NCBI GenBank assembly: GCA_913046815.1
Contig: CAJWTE010000001.1
Coordinates: 1-46,316, forward strand
Reading direction: 5' to 3'
From: an uncultured bacterium
GTDB lineage: Bacteria; Patescibacteriota; Minisyncoccia; Phycocordibacterales; UBA918
DNA: 46,316 nt
Shown here: positions 8,800 to 16,427 of the stretch, piece by piece
How the letters are laid out: every line of letters begins with the position of its first letter
How positions within the stretch are numbered: the stretch's first letter is position 1
Made by a program: the position numbers and the translations under genes
Notes under the pieces: generated by a model
Databases searched by the model: none
What the model saw: only the letters and a program-made list of their open reading frames with translations
What the model was told of the DNA's origin: nothing

Positions 8800-8824
8800 A
8801 AAGGCGGCGCCCTGCGCCGCCTTT
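8800..8824 (+). terminator. Rho-independent terminator
   Basis: aaaggcggcgc-cct-gcgccgccttt. Confidence 0.6.
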
Positions 8825-8850
8825 GATGCGTCTAGGGTATACTCTATATT

Positions 8851-9285
8851 ATGTCGGTTATAAGAGATCAGTCATACGGAGTAGTTCCTGTTTATAGAGA
8901 GGGTGGTGAGAATAAGTTTCTTTTAATACATCAGATTAGTCATCGTGGAGACAAATTTTGGAGCTTTCCAAAAGGACATGGTGAAGGGACTGAGAGCGGG
9001 AGACAGACCGCCCTTAGGGAACTAGAAGAAGAAACTAGCCTATCAGCGGAGCTAGAGTCAAATATTCATTTCGATATTCATTACACTTTTAAGCACGAAG
9101 GTGTACAAATAAACAAAACAGTGACTTATTATTTGGGTTATATAGCTAGCAAAGAGTACAAGATTACCCAACCTCAGGAAATAGCAGAAATTCGCTTCTG
9201 TACCTTTGAAGAGGCAGAACAATTACTTTCACACAAAAATTCACGTTATGTACTTAGGCAAGCTGTTGAATTTTTGACAGATTAA
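8851..9285 (+). CDS. Nudix hydrolase
   Basis: Canonical Nudix box GHGEGTESGRQTALRELEEETSL. Confidence 0.8.
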   Translation: MSVIRDQSYGVVPVYREGGENKFLLIHQISHRGDKFWSFPKGHGEGTESGRQTALRELEEETSLSAELESNIHFDIHYTFKHEGVQINKTVTYYLGYIASKEYKITQPQEIAEIRFCTFEEAEQLLSHKNSRYVLRQAVEFLTD

Positions 9286-9311
9286 CTCTACTACTAGGGT
9301 ATTATTAAAAA

Positions 9312-11693
9312 ATGAGGAGGGGAGTTTTATTACTCTTGTTTCTTTTGCCAGTATTGGTTTGTGCAAAAGAAACAATCATCTACCAAAACAATTTTTCTAG
9401 TGACCCTGACTGGGTAACCGACGACTCGTCTAATATGTATTGGTCAGCCAATGATGAGGCGCTTTTTATTAACTCATACAACAGTGCTTTAGCTAGCTCG
9501 ACTCCTAATAGGTACTTTTATACCGATGTAGATTTTGACCCCAAAGAAAGTTTTAAGCTCACATGGAGACAGAAGTTGTTAGAAACTGATAGAGGGACGC
9601 TCACGTTTGGCTTGTATATGCCCGATCTTATTGCGTCCAATAGAACTTTTAGTTCGCTTCCAAGGATAGAGAGTCGCAGTATTTTTAAGTTGGCATTGAC
9701 TACTCCAAGGTCGTATGACTTCACCGTCATCCGTGATCGAGATGGCAAGAAGTATCCGGGCAACTTTGGCGGTTCCGGCTTGGATTCATACATATTAGCT
9801 ACCAGCACATGGTACTCAATGTCGCTAGAGTTTGATGCAGAGGAAGACAAAGTGAGAGGCAGTGCTGTAGATGAAAGTACAGGGGAGGCTTTTTTTGAGA
9901 TAGAGAATGAGGCAGATGTGGCAAAAAATTATTATTTCCGTCCCGAAATGACCAAGCTCGGTGTCTCACTCTATCCTGCTGGTCTAGAAAGAGGTTGGCT
10001 AGCCAATGAGCCTGACGGTTATTCCAAGTACTTAGTGGATGATGTGAAGTTGGTTAGCGGCAAGTCAGATCCGGCTCCTCCACTTGACCCGTTGTTAGAA
10101 CAATACATTCCGACTTTCTATTTCCATCCTGAAGAAGATTACTTTCCGATGAATATTGAGGCTTTTGTAGAAAGTAGTAGCTTGTGGGACGGTGACACAT
10201 TGCTCAAAGTATATGATGATAGTGATCCAGTGAAAGTGGCAGATATAAATAAGTCTGATTCTGAGGGCTGGCACTTGTCTTTCTCCAGTCCAAACACTCC
10301 CAGAGCGATAGATCTCGCAAAAGGAAAGGAAAAGTACGACTCACTCGTTGCTAGTGGTAAAGCGGTGAATACAGTGTATGCAAGGAAAATGGAAGACGGA
10401 TACAAAGATGAAGACGGAACGCAGCACGACTTCGTCGTGCTGCAATACTGGCTCTTCTACGCCATGAACAATTGGGCTGAGCATGGTGGTTTCAACAACC
10501 ACGAAGGAGACTGGGAGAGTGTCTTTGTCTTTTTGGACAAAGATACTCTCAAGCCGGAGTACGTTGCTTTCTCCGCTCATCACAATGATGGGTTTAACGA
10601 AATTTATAATCCATTTCAGTATGAATCTGTTCGGCGAAAATGGGATGATGAAAAGTTGACTGTGAATAACAATAGTGTGGCCGGTTATGTGGCGCTGGGG
10701 TCGCATGCTATGTATGGGGAAAGACTGGACAGAAGAATATTCACAGGCAAGCAATATAACCAGGATAAATTAGGTATGACTGAAGTAGGAAGTATGTCTT
10801 TCTCAAGTTTAGATTCAATACAGATAAATAACTTCTCAGGTAGATGGGGAATAGAAAAGATAAACAGTATTTTAACGGGGGAGTCTGCTCCAAAAGGACC
10901 TCAATTTTTGAACGTTAGTGGGCATCTTCGCTATAGTGAGCCGGTAAAGTGGGCTGGTATCGACCAGGTGCGCGAAAGGGATCTAGGCACGGCTACGACT
11001 ACCTTCAACTTCCTAGAGCAAAGAGTGAAATTTAAATTCAAAGATTTGCTTCCGGGTGGACATACTCTCAGGGTAGAGCCACATAATGAGAAAGTGACAT
11101 TTGGCACCGTCCCAGAGAGGTTCGACTTCTTGGGTGGTTTTTGGGATTTCACCTCTAGCCTCAGTGATGGTTCTTTCAGTACTCAAGTTACCTTAGACTA
11201 CGACCCCGACGAAGTGGTGGCTATGGGAGGTAGGGAGGATTTGTTGCAGGTATTGTACTTCAATGAAGCTACCGGTCTGTGGGAGGTGTTAGAGACAGTT
11301 GTCGATGAAGTGACTAAGACGGTTACTTTCAATACCGACCACTTCTCTAGCTATGCCATCGGCTTTCAGTCACCTAGTAATCTTTCCAGCGGTAGTAGTC
11401 TACCGATTAAGACAGTCGCGAATGATTTAGAGACCGATACCAACTCTTGGTCTGGTATCTATCAGACCATTCATCAAAGTGGTCTTGGCGATGAAAGGAA
11501 GACGGAACTATTAGCCTATCTGCGTCTGGCAGAAAAAATGGCAAATAAAAGAAGGAGCAACACCACCAGCATTGCCAAGCAAATGATGCAAAAGGTAGTG
11601 GACGTGTACGGCTATCGCTACGACTTCACCTTAATATTAGAAGCTTTGGAGAGCAGTATAGAAATAAAGAGAGTGGATGACGAGATAGGTTAG
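9312..11693 (+). CDS. Secreted 793-aa protein with a Vps62/DUF946-like central domain
   Basis: N-terminal signal peptide. PTFYFHPEEDYFPMNIEAFV and VVLQYWLFYAMNNW...HEGDWESVFVFL resemble Vps62-family motifs. Confidence 0.5.
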   Translation: MRRGVLLLLFLLPVLVCAKETIIYQNNFSSDPDWVTDDSSNMYWSANDEALFINSYNSALASSTPNRYFYTDVDFDPKESFKLTWRQKLLETDRGTLTFGLYMPDLIASNRTFSSLPRIESRSIFKLALTTPRSYDFTVIRDRDGKKYPGNFGGSGLDSYILATSTWYSMSLEFDAEEDKVRGSAVDESTGEAFFEIENEADVAKNYYFRPEMTKLGVSLYPAGLERGWLANEPDGYSKYLVDDVKLVSGKSDPAPPLDPLLEQYIPTFYFHPEEDYFPMNIEAFVESSSLWDGDTLLKVYDDSDPVKVADINKSDSEGWHLSFSSPNTPRAIDLAKGKEKYDSLVASGKAVNTVYARKMEDGYKDEDGTQHDFVVLQYWLFYAMNNWAEHGGFNNHEGDWESVFVFLDKDTLKPEYVAFSAHHNDGFNEIYNPFQYESVRRKWDDEKLTVNNNSVAGYVALGSHAMYGERLDRRIFTGKQYNQDKLGMTEVGSMSFSSLDSIQINNFSGRWGIEKINSILTGESAPKGPQFLNVSGHLRYSEPVKWAGIDQVRERDLGTATTTFNFLEQRVKFKFKDLLPGGHTLRVEPHNEKVTFGTVPERFDFLGGFWDFTSSLSDGSFSTQVTLDYDPDEVVAMGGREDLLQVLYFNEATGLWEVLETVVDEVTKTVTFNTDHFSSYAIGFQSPSNLSSGSSLPIKTVANDLETDTNSWSGIYQTIHQSGLGDERKTELLAYLRLAEKMANKRRSNTTSIAKQMMQKVVDVYGYRYDFTLILEALESSIEIKRVDDEIG

Positions 11694-12008
11694 GAGTAGT
11701 AGGGCCGACCAGACCACTACCTTTTCTTTTTTAAAGATCAAATATACCCAAGCTGCTAGGAGTGCGTAATAGCTGGTGCTAAAGAAGAAACTTTCTGTTA
11801 TAAAAGTTGATGTTAGGAAGTATGGATAAGACATACCGGTGATGTAAGAGATTCCGGTTAGGAAGTAAGTATATTCACCTAGTAGTGAATAGAGTCCAAA
11901 AATATATGTAGCTCCTGTAAAGTAGGCAGCAAACACCACTCCCCAAAAGAACCTAGTCTGATACCAAGGAATGTGTGCGGGGAGTAATCGTTGCGGATTT
12001 ACTTTCAT
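11637..12008 (-). CDS. Hypothetical multi-pass membrane protein
   Basis: Three to four hydrophobic, aromatic-rich segments. Its 3' end overlaps the convergent gene by 57 nt, so the exact end is uncertain. Confidence 0.4.
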   Translation of the reverse strand: MKVNPQRLLPAHIPWYQTRFFWGVVFAAYFTGATYIFGLYSLLGEYTYFLTGISYITGMSYPYFLTSTFITESFFFSTSYYALLAAWVYLIFKKEKVVVWSALLLLTYLVIHSLYFYTALQSF

Positions 12009-12121
12009 AAATACATTCTACTAACCGATCTGGCTATCAATTCATACTTATAAACACTCACATACTCCAATCGAATGGACCATTTGACAGACAAAAAAGT
12101 TACGTAAGTCATTCATATATC

Positions 12122-12186
12122 CTCCCCGAGGTTAAACCTCGGGGAGAGAGTAAAAAGAATTAGTGAGATAACTCACCAATTCTTTT
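12122..12186 (-). terminator. Two tandem hairpin terminators downstream of the tRNA-His locus
   Basis: ctccccgagg-ttaaa-cctcggggag, and aaaaagaattagtgag-ataa-ctcaccaattcttttt (U-tract on the minus strand). Confidence 0.5.
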
Positions 12187-12328
12187 TATTTCGAACAGAA
12201 GCCAGTCTTAGCTCTTGCAGATCATTTTACACACTGGGCAAAATGGCATCCAATGCATGAAGCCAGTCAGCAACACTGCTAGGCCAGTGAGAGATTCAAA
12301 CTCTGGCCATGAGCTGTTTAGCATCAGG

Positions 12329-12435
12329 GGAAATGGGGTCAGACACCATTAAATCTAAAAAGGTGTGGTGTAATAATCTTACATTAAAACACCCCAAAAA
12401 GGGAATGTTTTGATTTGTTGATGGGGCGACTACCG
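12329..12435. repeat. Left copy of the ~108-bp direct repeat (tRNA-His 3' end plus trailer)
   Basis: Aligns with 13769-13876 at a 1440-nt offset, with 3 substitutions and 1 indel. It ends in tggggcgactaccg, a diverged copy of the tRNA-His 3' 14 nt. Confidence 0.85.
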
Positions 12436-12540
12436 ACCCTCGGGTGGAACCAATTGGAAGAGTTGTGTCTTGAATGGTTAAGCGACGCAAGGGTTTGTTT
12501 CGGGTGATAGGGCAGAAAGTGGTTCCACTGGGCCGGTAGG

Positions 12541-12578
12541 GAAAAGAAAAAGCCACCCGCCCAATAAGGGAGGATGGC
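12541..12578 (-). terminator. Terminator of the GC-rich cassette
   Basis: On the minus strand, GCCAUCC-13 nt-GGGUGGC is followed by UUUUUCUUUUC, 23 nt after the exonuclease stop. Confidence 0.5.
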
Positions 12579-12600
12579 AGTTGTGCAAGCCGATTGTTCT

Positions 12601-13155
12601 TCAGGAAATCTTCAGACCATCCTGAATCATCTTGGCGAAGGCCCCGGCGTTGCCCCGAGTGTCTTCGAGGGCGTCGTGGGTGTGCGCTTCGGTTCGGAAC
12701 TCTTCCCACGCATCACGGCTTCCGTAGAGGCCGAGCGACAGGCACGGAATATTTCGTCCAGCATAGCCAAACGGATTCTTGCTGCGATAGCGGTGGAAGT
12801 AGGTGTGGACGAAGCCCCAGTCGAACGCCAGATTGTCGGCGACGAAAATCGGCTTCGATGCTCCGTTGTCGTCCAGAGTGATTCGGATGAAGTGCTGAAG
12901 CTTCTGCATCGCAATTACCGGTTTGAGCAGGTCGTCTCGTTGCATCCAAAGCTCCGGAGTGAACCCCAGGTCACGCTGGAGGAAATCCAGTGTGTCGGGG
13001 TCATGTTGGTCCGTCGAGAAGGCCAGGTTGCAGGACATACCCTGCAGTACTGTACCGTCAGCCAGGACGGGCACCGTCGCCATCTGATACATGTTGTGGA
13101 TTGCGAACGCCGGACCGGTGGTCTCAGTGTCCGTCACAAAGTAGACTTTTGACAT
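12601..13155 (-). CDS. DEDDh-type 3'-5' exonuclease (DnaQ/DexA-like)
   Basis: Exo I FVTDTETTG, Exo II FVADNLAFDWGF, Exo III HTHDALEDT. The start is set at the ATG at 13155, preceded by GGAAGGAG. Confidence 0.8.
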   Translation of the reverse strand: MSKVYFVTDTETTGPAFAIHNMYQMATVPVLADGTVLQGMSCNLAFSTDQHDPDTLDFLQRDLGFTPELWMQRDDLLKPVIAMQKLQHFIRITLDDNGASKPIFVADNLAFDWGFVHTYFHRYRSKNPFGYAGRNIPCLSLGLYGSRDAWEEFRTEAHTHDALEDTRGNAGAFAKMIQDGLKIS

Positions 13156-13156
13156 C

Positions 13157-13543
13157 TCATTCTCCTTCCGTTTCGTTACGATAGCTGGCTTTGTAGCCGA
13201 GGTTGGCAAGTTCAAGCTCAACCGAAAGACTTACGAGTACCCCTTCGTTCCAGTCGAGGAGCCTTCGGCAGCCGTCATGGATGAGCTCAGTTCGTTGCTG
13301 GTGATTCTTCACACGTTCAGGGAAATTGTGAGCCCTGAAGTGAACGTTGATGTCGGGGGCATTGATGTCCTCTTCATCGCCAGCCTGAAGCCTGACAATC
13401 ACTTCTTTTTCAGTGACACCACCTTCGTGACGAGGCGCACCTTCAACGTTAAGGTGTGGGGCGGCAAGTCGTGGCAACGCTTCAGCGAGAACGAGGGCAA
13501 ACAGCCGATTTTCCTTTGAATAAGTGAGTATTGCAGTGGGCAC
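13157..13543 (-). CDS. 128-aa protein with N-terminal Met-Pro; possibly tautomerase-superfamily-like
   Basis: GTG start with AGGAG 7 nt upstream. A duplicated beta-alpha-beta-like pattern (MPTAILTYS..., ...DINVHFRAHNF...). The TGA stop lies 1 nt before the exonuclease ATG. Confidence 0.5.
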   Translation of the reverse strand: MPTAILTYSKENRLFALVLAEALPRLAAPHLNVEGAPRHEGGVTEKEVIVRLQAGDEEDINAPDINVHFRAHNFPERVKNHQQRTELIHDGCRRLLDWNEGVLVSLSVELELANLGYKASYRNETEGE

Positions 13544-13768
13544 GTTTCATCTCCTGTAAAGGTTCTTTGTACTGGTTTCGACTCGAACAATGCCACAAAT
13601 ACTTCCTTTATTCAATACTTTTTGGTACTGTGGCTCTTGAACTAGTAAACAAACAGAAGAAAGGTCTTTGATATGACAGTGGGAGTAGACCACGAATACA
13701 TACCAGAAAATGCAGTCAAGGGTGACACACCAGGCCCACGGCCAGATGTACGCACCACCTACTGCGAA

Positions 13769-13876
13769 GGAAATGGGGTCAGACACCATTAAATCTAAAA
13801 AGGTGTGGTGTAATAATCTTACATCAAAACACCCCGAAAAGGGGAATGTTTTGATTTGTTGATGGGGCGGCTACCG
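13769..13876. repeat. Right copy of the ~108-bp direct repeat, overlapping the intact tRNA-His 3' end
   Basis: See 12329-12435. This copy keeps the better CCCC-gaaaa-GGGG trailer hairpin. Confidence 0.85.
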
Positions 13877-13938
13877 GGAATCGAACCCGAATTTCCGGTA
13901 CCACAAACCGGCGTAATGACCGTTATACAATAGCCGCC
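13863..13938 (-). tRNA. tRNA-His (anticodon GTG) with encoded G-1 and CCA
   Basis: The reverse complement is G-1 + GCGGCTA...CCGGT-TTGTGGT-ACCGG...TCGGG-TTCGATT-CCCGG-TAGCCGC-C-CCA. The G-1:C73 pair is the His identity element. Confidence 0.9.
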
Positions 13939-14052
13939 ATTTTTGGAGGGGTGTGGCCGGAGGCCGCACCCCTAGTGGCCAAAACTATACCTAGTTTTAA
14001 CAGGAAAGTAAATGACCTATAATAACGACATTAATATAAACAACAATTCAGT

Positions 14053-14445
14053 ATGAAAAATTTTGTGGATGAGTTCAAAGCCTTTGCCATGAAGGGTAAT
14101 GTGATGGACTTAGCTGTAGCGGTAGTTATTGGCGCCGCTTTCGGCAAAATCGTTTCTTCTTTAGTGGACAATCTGGTTACGCCTCTGATCGGACTGTTCT
14201 TGGGAGGTGTCGACTTTACCGGACTCCGCTACACAGTAGGTGAGGCAGTGTTTACCTACGGAGCTTTTATACAGGCGGTAATTGATTTTCTCATCATTGC
14301 TTTTGTCGTATTCTTGGTGGTTAAGGCCATGAATAGGGCTTCTGGCTTGGTGGTAGATAATGAGGAAGATGAAGAAAAGCCCGCCGAACCTCCGGAAGAG
14401 ATAACCTTATTGCGAGAGATTCGCGATAGTCTGCGACAGTCCTAA
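14053..14445 (+). CDS. mscL: Large-conductance mechanosensitive channel
   Basis: [40 protein letters not shown] is the canonical MscL N-terminus. Confidence 0.9.
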   Translation: MKNFVDEFKAFAMKGNVMDLAVAVVIGAAFGKIVSSLVDNLVTPLIGLFLGGVDFTGLRYTVGEAVFTYGAFIQAVIDFLIIAFVVFLVVKAMNRASGLVVDNEEDEEKPAEPPEEITLLREIRDSLRQS

Positions 14446-14471
14446 GAATGTATGCACTAAATCAATGATTA

Positions 14472-14511
14472 AAATCGCCACGCAATTACGTCCGTAATTG
14501 CGTGGCGATTT
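14472..14511 (+). terminator. Terminator after mscL
   Basis: aaatcgccacgcaattac-gtccg-gtaattgcgtggcgattt, an 18-bp stem. Confidence 0.65.
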
Positions 14512-14537
14512 CCTCTCTGGTGTATAATTGGCACAAT

Positions 14538-14630
14538 ATGTTGGACAAAGATACTAGAAAAATAGTCGCCCTCCTTTGTTTAGCTGCCGGGGCGGGAATT
14601 GGTTTTTATTTGGCTAAATTTTTTTTATAA
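14538..14630 (+). CDS. Possible leaderless 30-aa membrane peptide
   Basis: TATAAT at 14523-14528 lies 9 nt before the ATG. The product MLDKDTRKIVALLCLAAGAGIGFYLAKFFL contains one TM helix. Confidence 0.25.
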   Translation: MLDKDTRKIVALLCLAAGAGIGFYLAKFFL

Positions 14631-15102
14631 AATTGATTGCAAAACTTTTTGGCTATTTTGTAAATATGGTCAAAGTTGTAAAAGTGATTTCTAACAAACT
14701 CATGCTTGGGGTTATCCACAGGTTGAAAGTAAATAAGATTTTTCCTAAGACAGAAAAAGTCTTATTTTTAGCCTTTCTGTGTGAAGGGCGGGCTTACAGC
14801 CCGCCCTTCATGTTAGTTTGCTAGAAGTTTGGCTCGGGAGTACCATGAGGTTAGCACTCGAAGACAAACTCCATCGGGTGTCTTGGGTAGGAAGACACAT
14901 GTTCAGTGTCATGTTGGAGGACATGGCAGTGTGTTTAGCTCCCTCAAATCTTCTACAGAAATAACTGTGATTGACTGGCTCTCTTAGCCCGAGACCGTCG
15001 AGACAATTTCACCACCAATTATTTTTGTATGAGATTGCGACCAAGTGTCGCTTGGATGCACATTGTAACTAAAAGCTTATTACCAACTTATAATTTTTCT
15101 GT

Positions 15103-16416
15103 ATGGAAATCGAAAAGATTCGCAAGCGCGATGGTTCGATCCAAGCTTTTACGCTGGACAAAATCACCAACGCTGTTGAAAAAGCTCTACGCAAAACTGA
15201 AACTGGCACTCGAGAGGATGCCGAAAATATTGCTGTCCGTGTAAACGAAAAGACGGTCGCTATGTGTGTTCAAGCGGCAGCCGCAGAACCTGGTGCACCG
15301 GGCGCTGATAAATGTGTTGACGGGTATCCGGCAGTAGAAGAAATACAAGACATTGTAGAGCAAGTTCTGATGGAGATGGACTTTTTTGATGCCGCGAAAG
15401 AATATATTCTATATAGAAACGAAAGAAAGAAACTCCGCGCCCGCGACATATTCCACAAGCGTACCAATCTAAAGCCGTACGAGTACCCAGAACTAGCAGA
15501 GTATGTAGATGCTATTCGTCACTCTTACTGGATTCATACTGAGTTTAATTACACCAGTGATATTCACGATTATAAAGTAAATATTACAGATGCAGAGCGA
15601 ACGGCTATCAAGAATACCATGCTCGCCATTGCGCAGATTGAAGTAGCAGTAAAGACTTTCTGGGGCAACTTGTACAACAAAATGCCAAAACCAGAGATCG
15701 GCGCAGTCGGCTTTACCTTTGCAGAAAGTGAGGTTCGACACATGGACGCTTACTCTCATTTGCTGGAGATTCTTGGTTTAAATGACGAATTCACCACTCT
15801 TACAGAGGTGCCTGTAATACAAGAAAGAATTACTTATCTAGAAAAGGTGATAAATCTTTCCAAAACAGACGAAGACAGAGAGTACTCTCAAGCAGTGCTC
15901 CTGTTCTCTCTTTTTGTGGAGCATGTATCTTTGTTTTCTCAATTCCTGATAATGATGTCCTTTAACAAGCATAAAAACTTATTCAAAGGTATCAGCAATG
16001 CCGTTGAAGCCACATCCAAGGAAGAACAAATTCATGGGATGTTCGGTATCGATCTAATTAATATTATCAAGAAAGAAAACCCCGCCTGGTTCGATGATGA
16101 GCATAAAGCATTGGTAGAAGACATGTGCAATGAAGCATATGAAGCTGAAGCAAAGATTGTGGATTGGATATTTACCGACGGAGAAATGGAGTTCTTACCG
16201 AAGGCTGTAGTACTTGAATTTATTAAGTCTCGTCTCAACAACTCACTCAAGAGTATCGGTTTGGATCCAGTGTTTGAACTAGACCAAGACTTGGTGGAAC
16301 AAACGGACTGGTTCGATGATGAAGTGATTGCTACCAAGCACGTAGACTTCTTCGACAAACGTTCTATTAATTACAACAAACGCAGTGGCAGTGTTACGAG
16401 TGCTGACCTGTTTTAA
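15103..16416 (+). CDS. nrdB: Ribonucleotide reductase beta (radical-generating) subunit with an N-terminal ATP-cone
   Basis: ATP-cone: IRKRDGSIQAFTLDKITNAVEKAL...VEEIQDIVEQVLME...AKEYILYRNERKKLR. Ferritin-like ligand motifs: AQIEVAV, ESEVRHMDAY, FVEHV, KEEQIHG. Confidence 0.85.
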   Translation: MEIEKIRKRDGSIQAFTLDKITNAVEKALRKTETGTREDAENIAVRVNEKTVAMCVQAAAAEPGAPGADKCVDGYPAVEEIQDIVEQVLMEMDFFDAAKEYILYRNERKKLRARDIFHKRTNLKPYEYPELAEYVDAIRHSYWIHTEFNYTSDIHDYKVNITDAERTAIKNTMLAIAQIEVAVKTFWGNLYNKMPKPEIGAVGFTFAESEVRHMDAYSHLLEILGLNDEFTTLTEVPVIQERITYLEKVINLSKTDEDREYSQAVLLFSLFVEHVSLFSQFLIMMSFNKHKNLFKGISNAVEATSKEEQIHGMFGIDLINIIKKENPAWFDDEHKALVEDMCNEAYEAEAKIVDWIFTDGEMEFLPKAVVLEFIKSRLNNSLKSIGLDPVFELDQDLVEQTDWFDDEVIATKHVDFFDKRSINYNKRSGSVTSADLF

Positions 16417-16427
16417 TCTGATAAATT

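Larger units (their letters stand above)
12329..13876. mobile_element. tRNA-His-associated islet: GC-rich two-gene cassette between direct repeats, no recombinase
   Basis: Direct repeats flank 12436-13768. An abrupt GC-rich block spans ~12440-13560. The cassette has its own SD sites and terminator. Confidence 0.5.

Noticed and set aside
12283-12309. tRNA-like T-arm (ggccagtgagagattcaaactctggcc)
   Set aside because: No acceptor, D or anticodon arms can be built around it on either strand, so it is treated as a simple hairpin.
12574-13221. Multiple overlapping ORFs on both strands in the GC-rich block (12574..13152+, 12594..12881+, 12627..12914-, 12713..12949-, 12990..13184+)
   Set aside because: High GC suppresses stop codons. 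Only the minus frame carrying the DEDDh motifs and an SD-led ATG is credible.
12329-13876. DGR-like template/variable repeat pair (several A-versus-G differences between the two 108-bp copies)
   Set aside because: There is no reverse transcriptase or target gene in the window. The repeats are tRNA 3' end plus trailer and are non-coding. The differences fit ordinary drift.
14826-14996. Cobalamin riboswitch upstream of nrdB
   Set aside because: AGCCCGAGACCGTC resembles the B12 box, but the conserved GGGAA...GGUGNNAANCC...GCCACUG core elements are missing. NrdR boxes are also not convincing: ACACATGTTCAGTGT is 15 nt and lacks the AT-rich centre.
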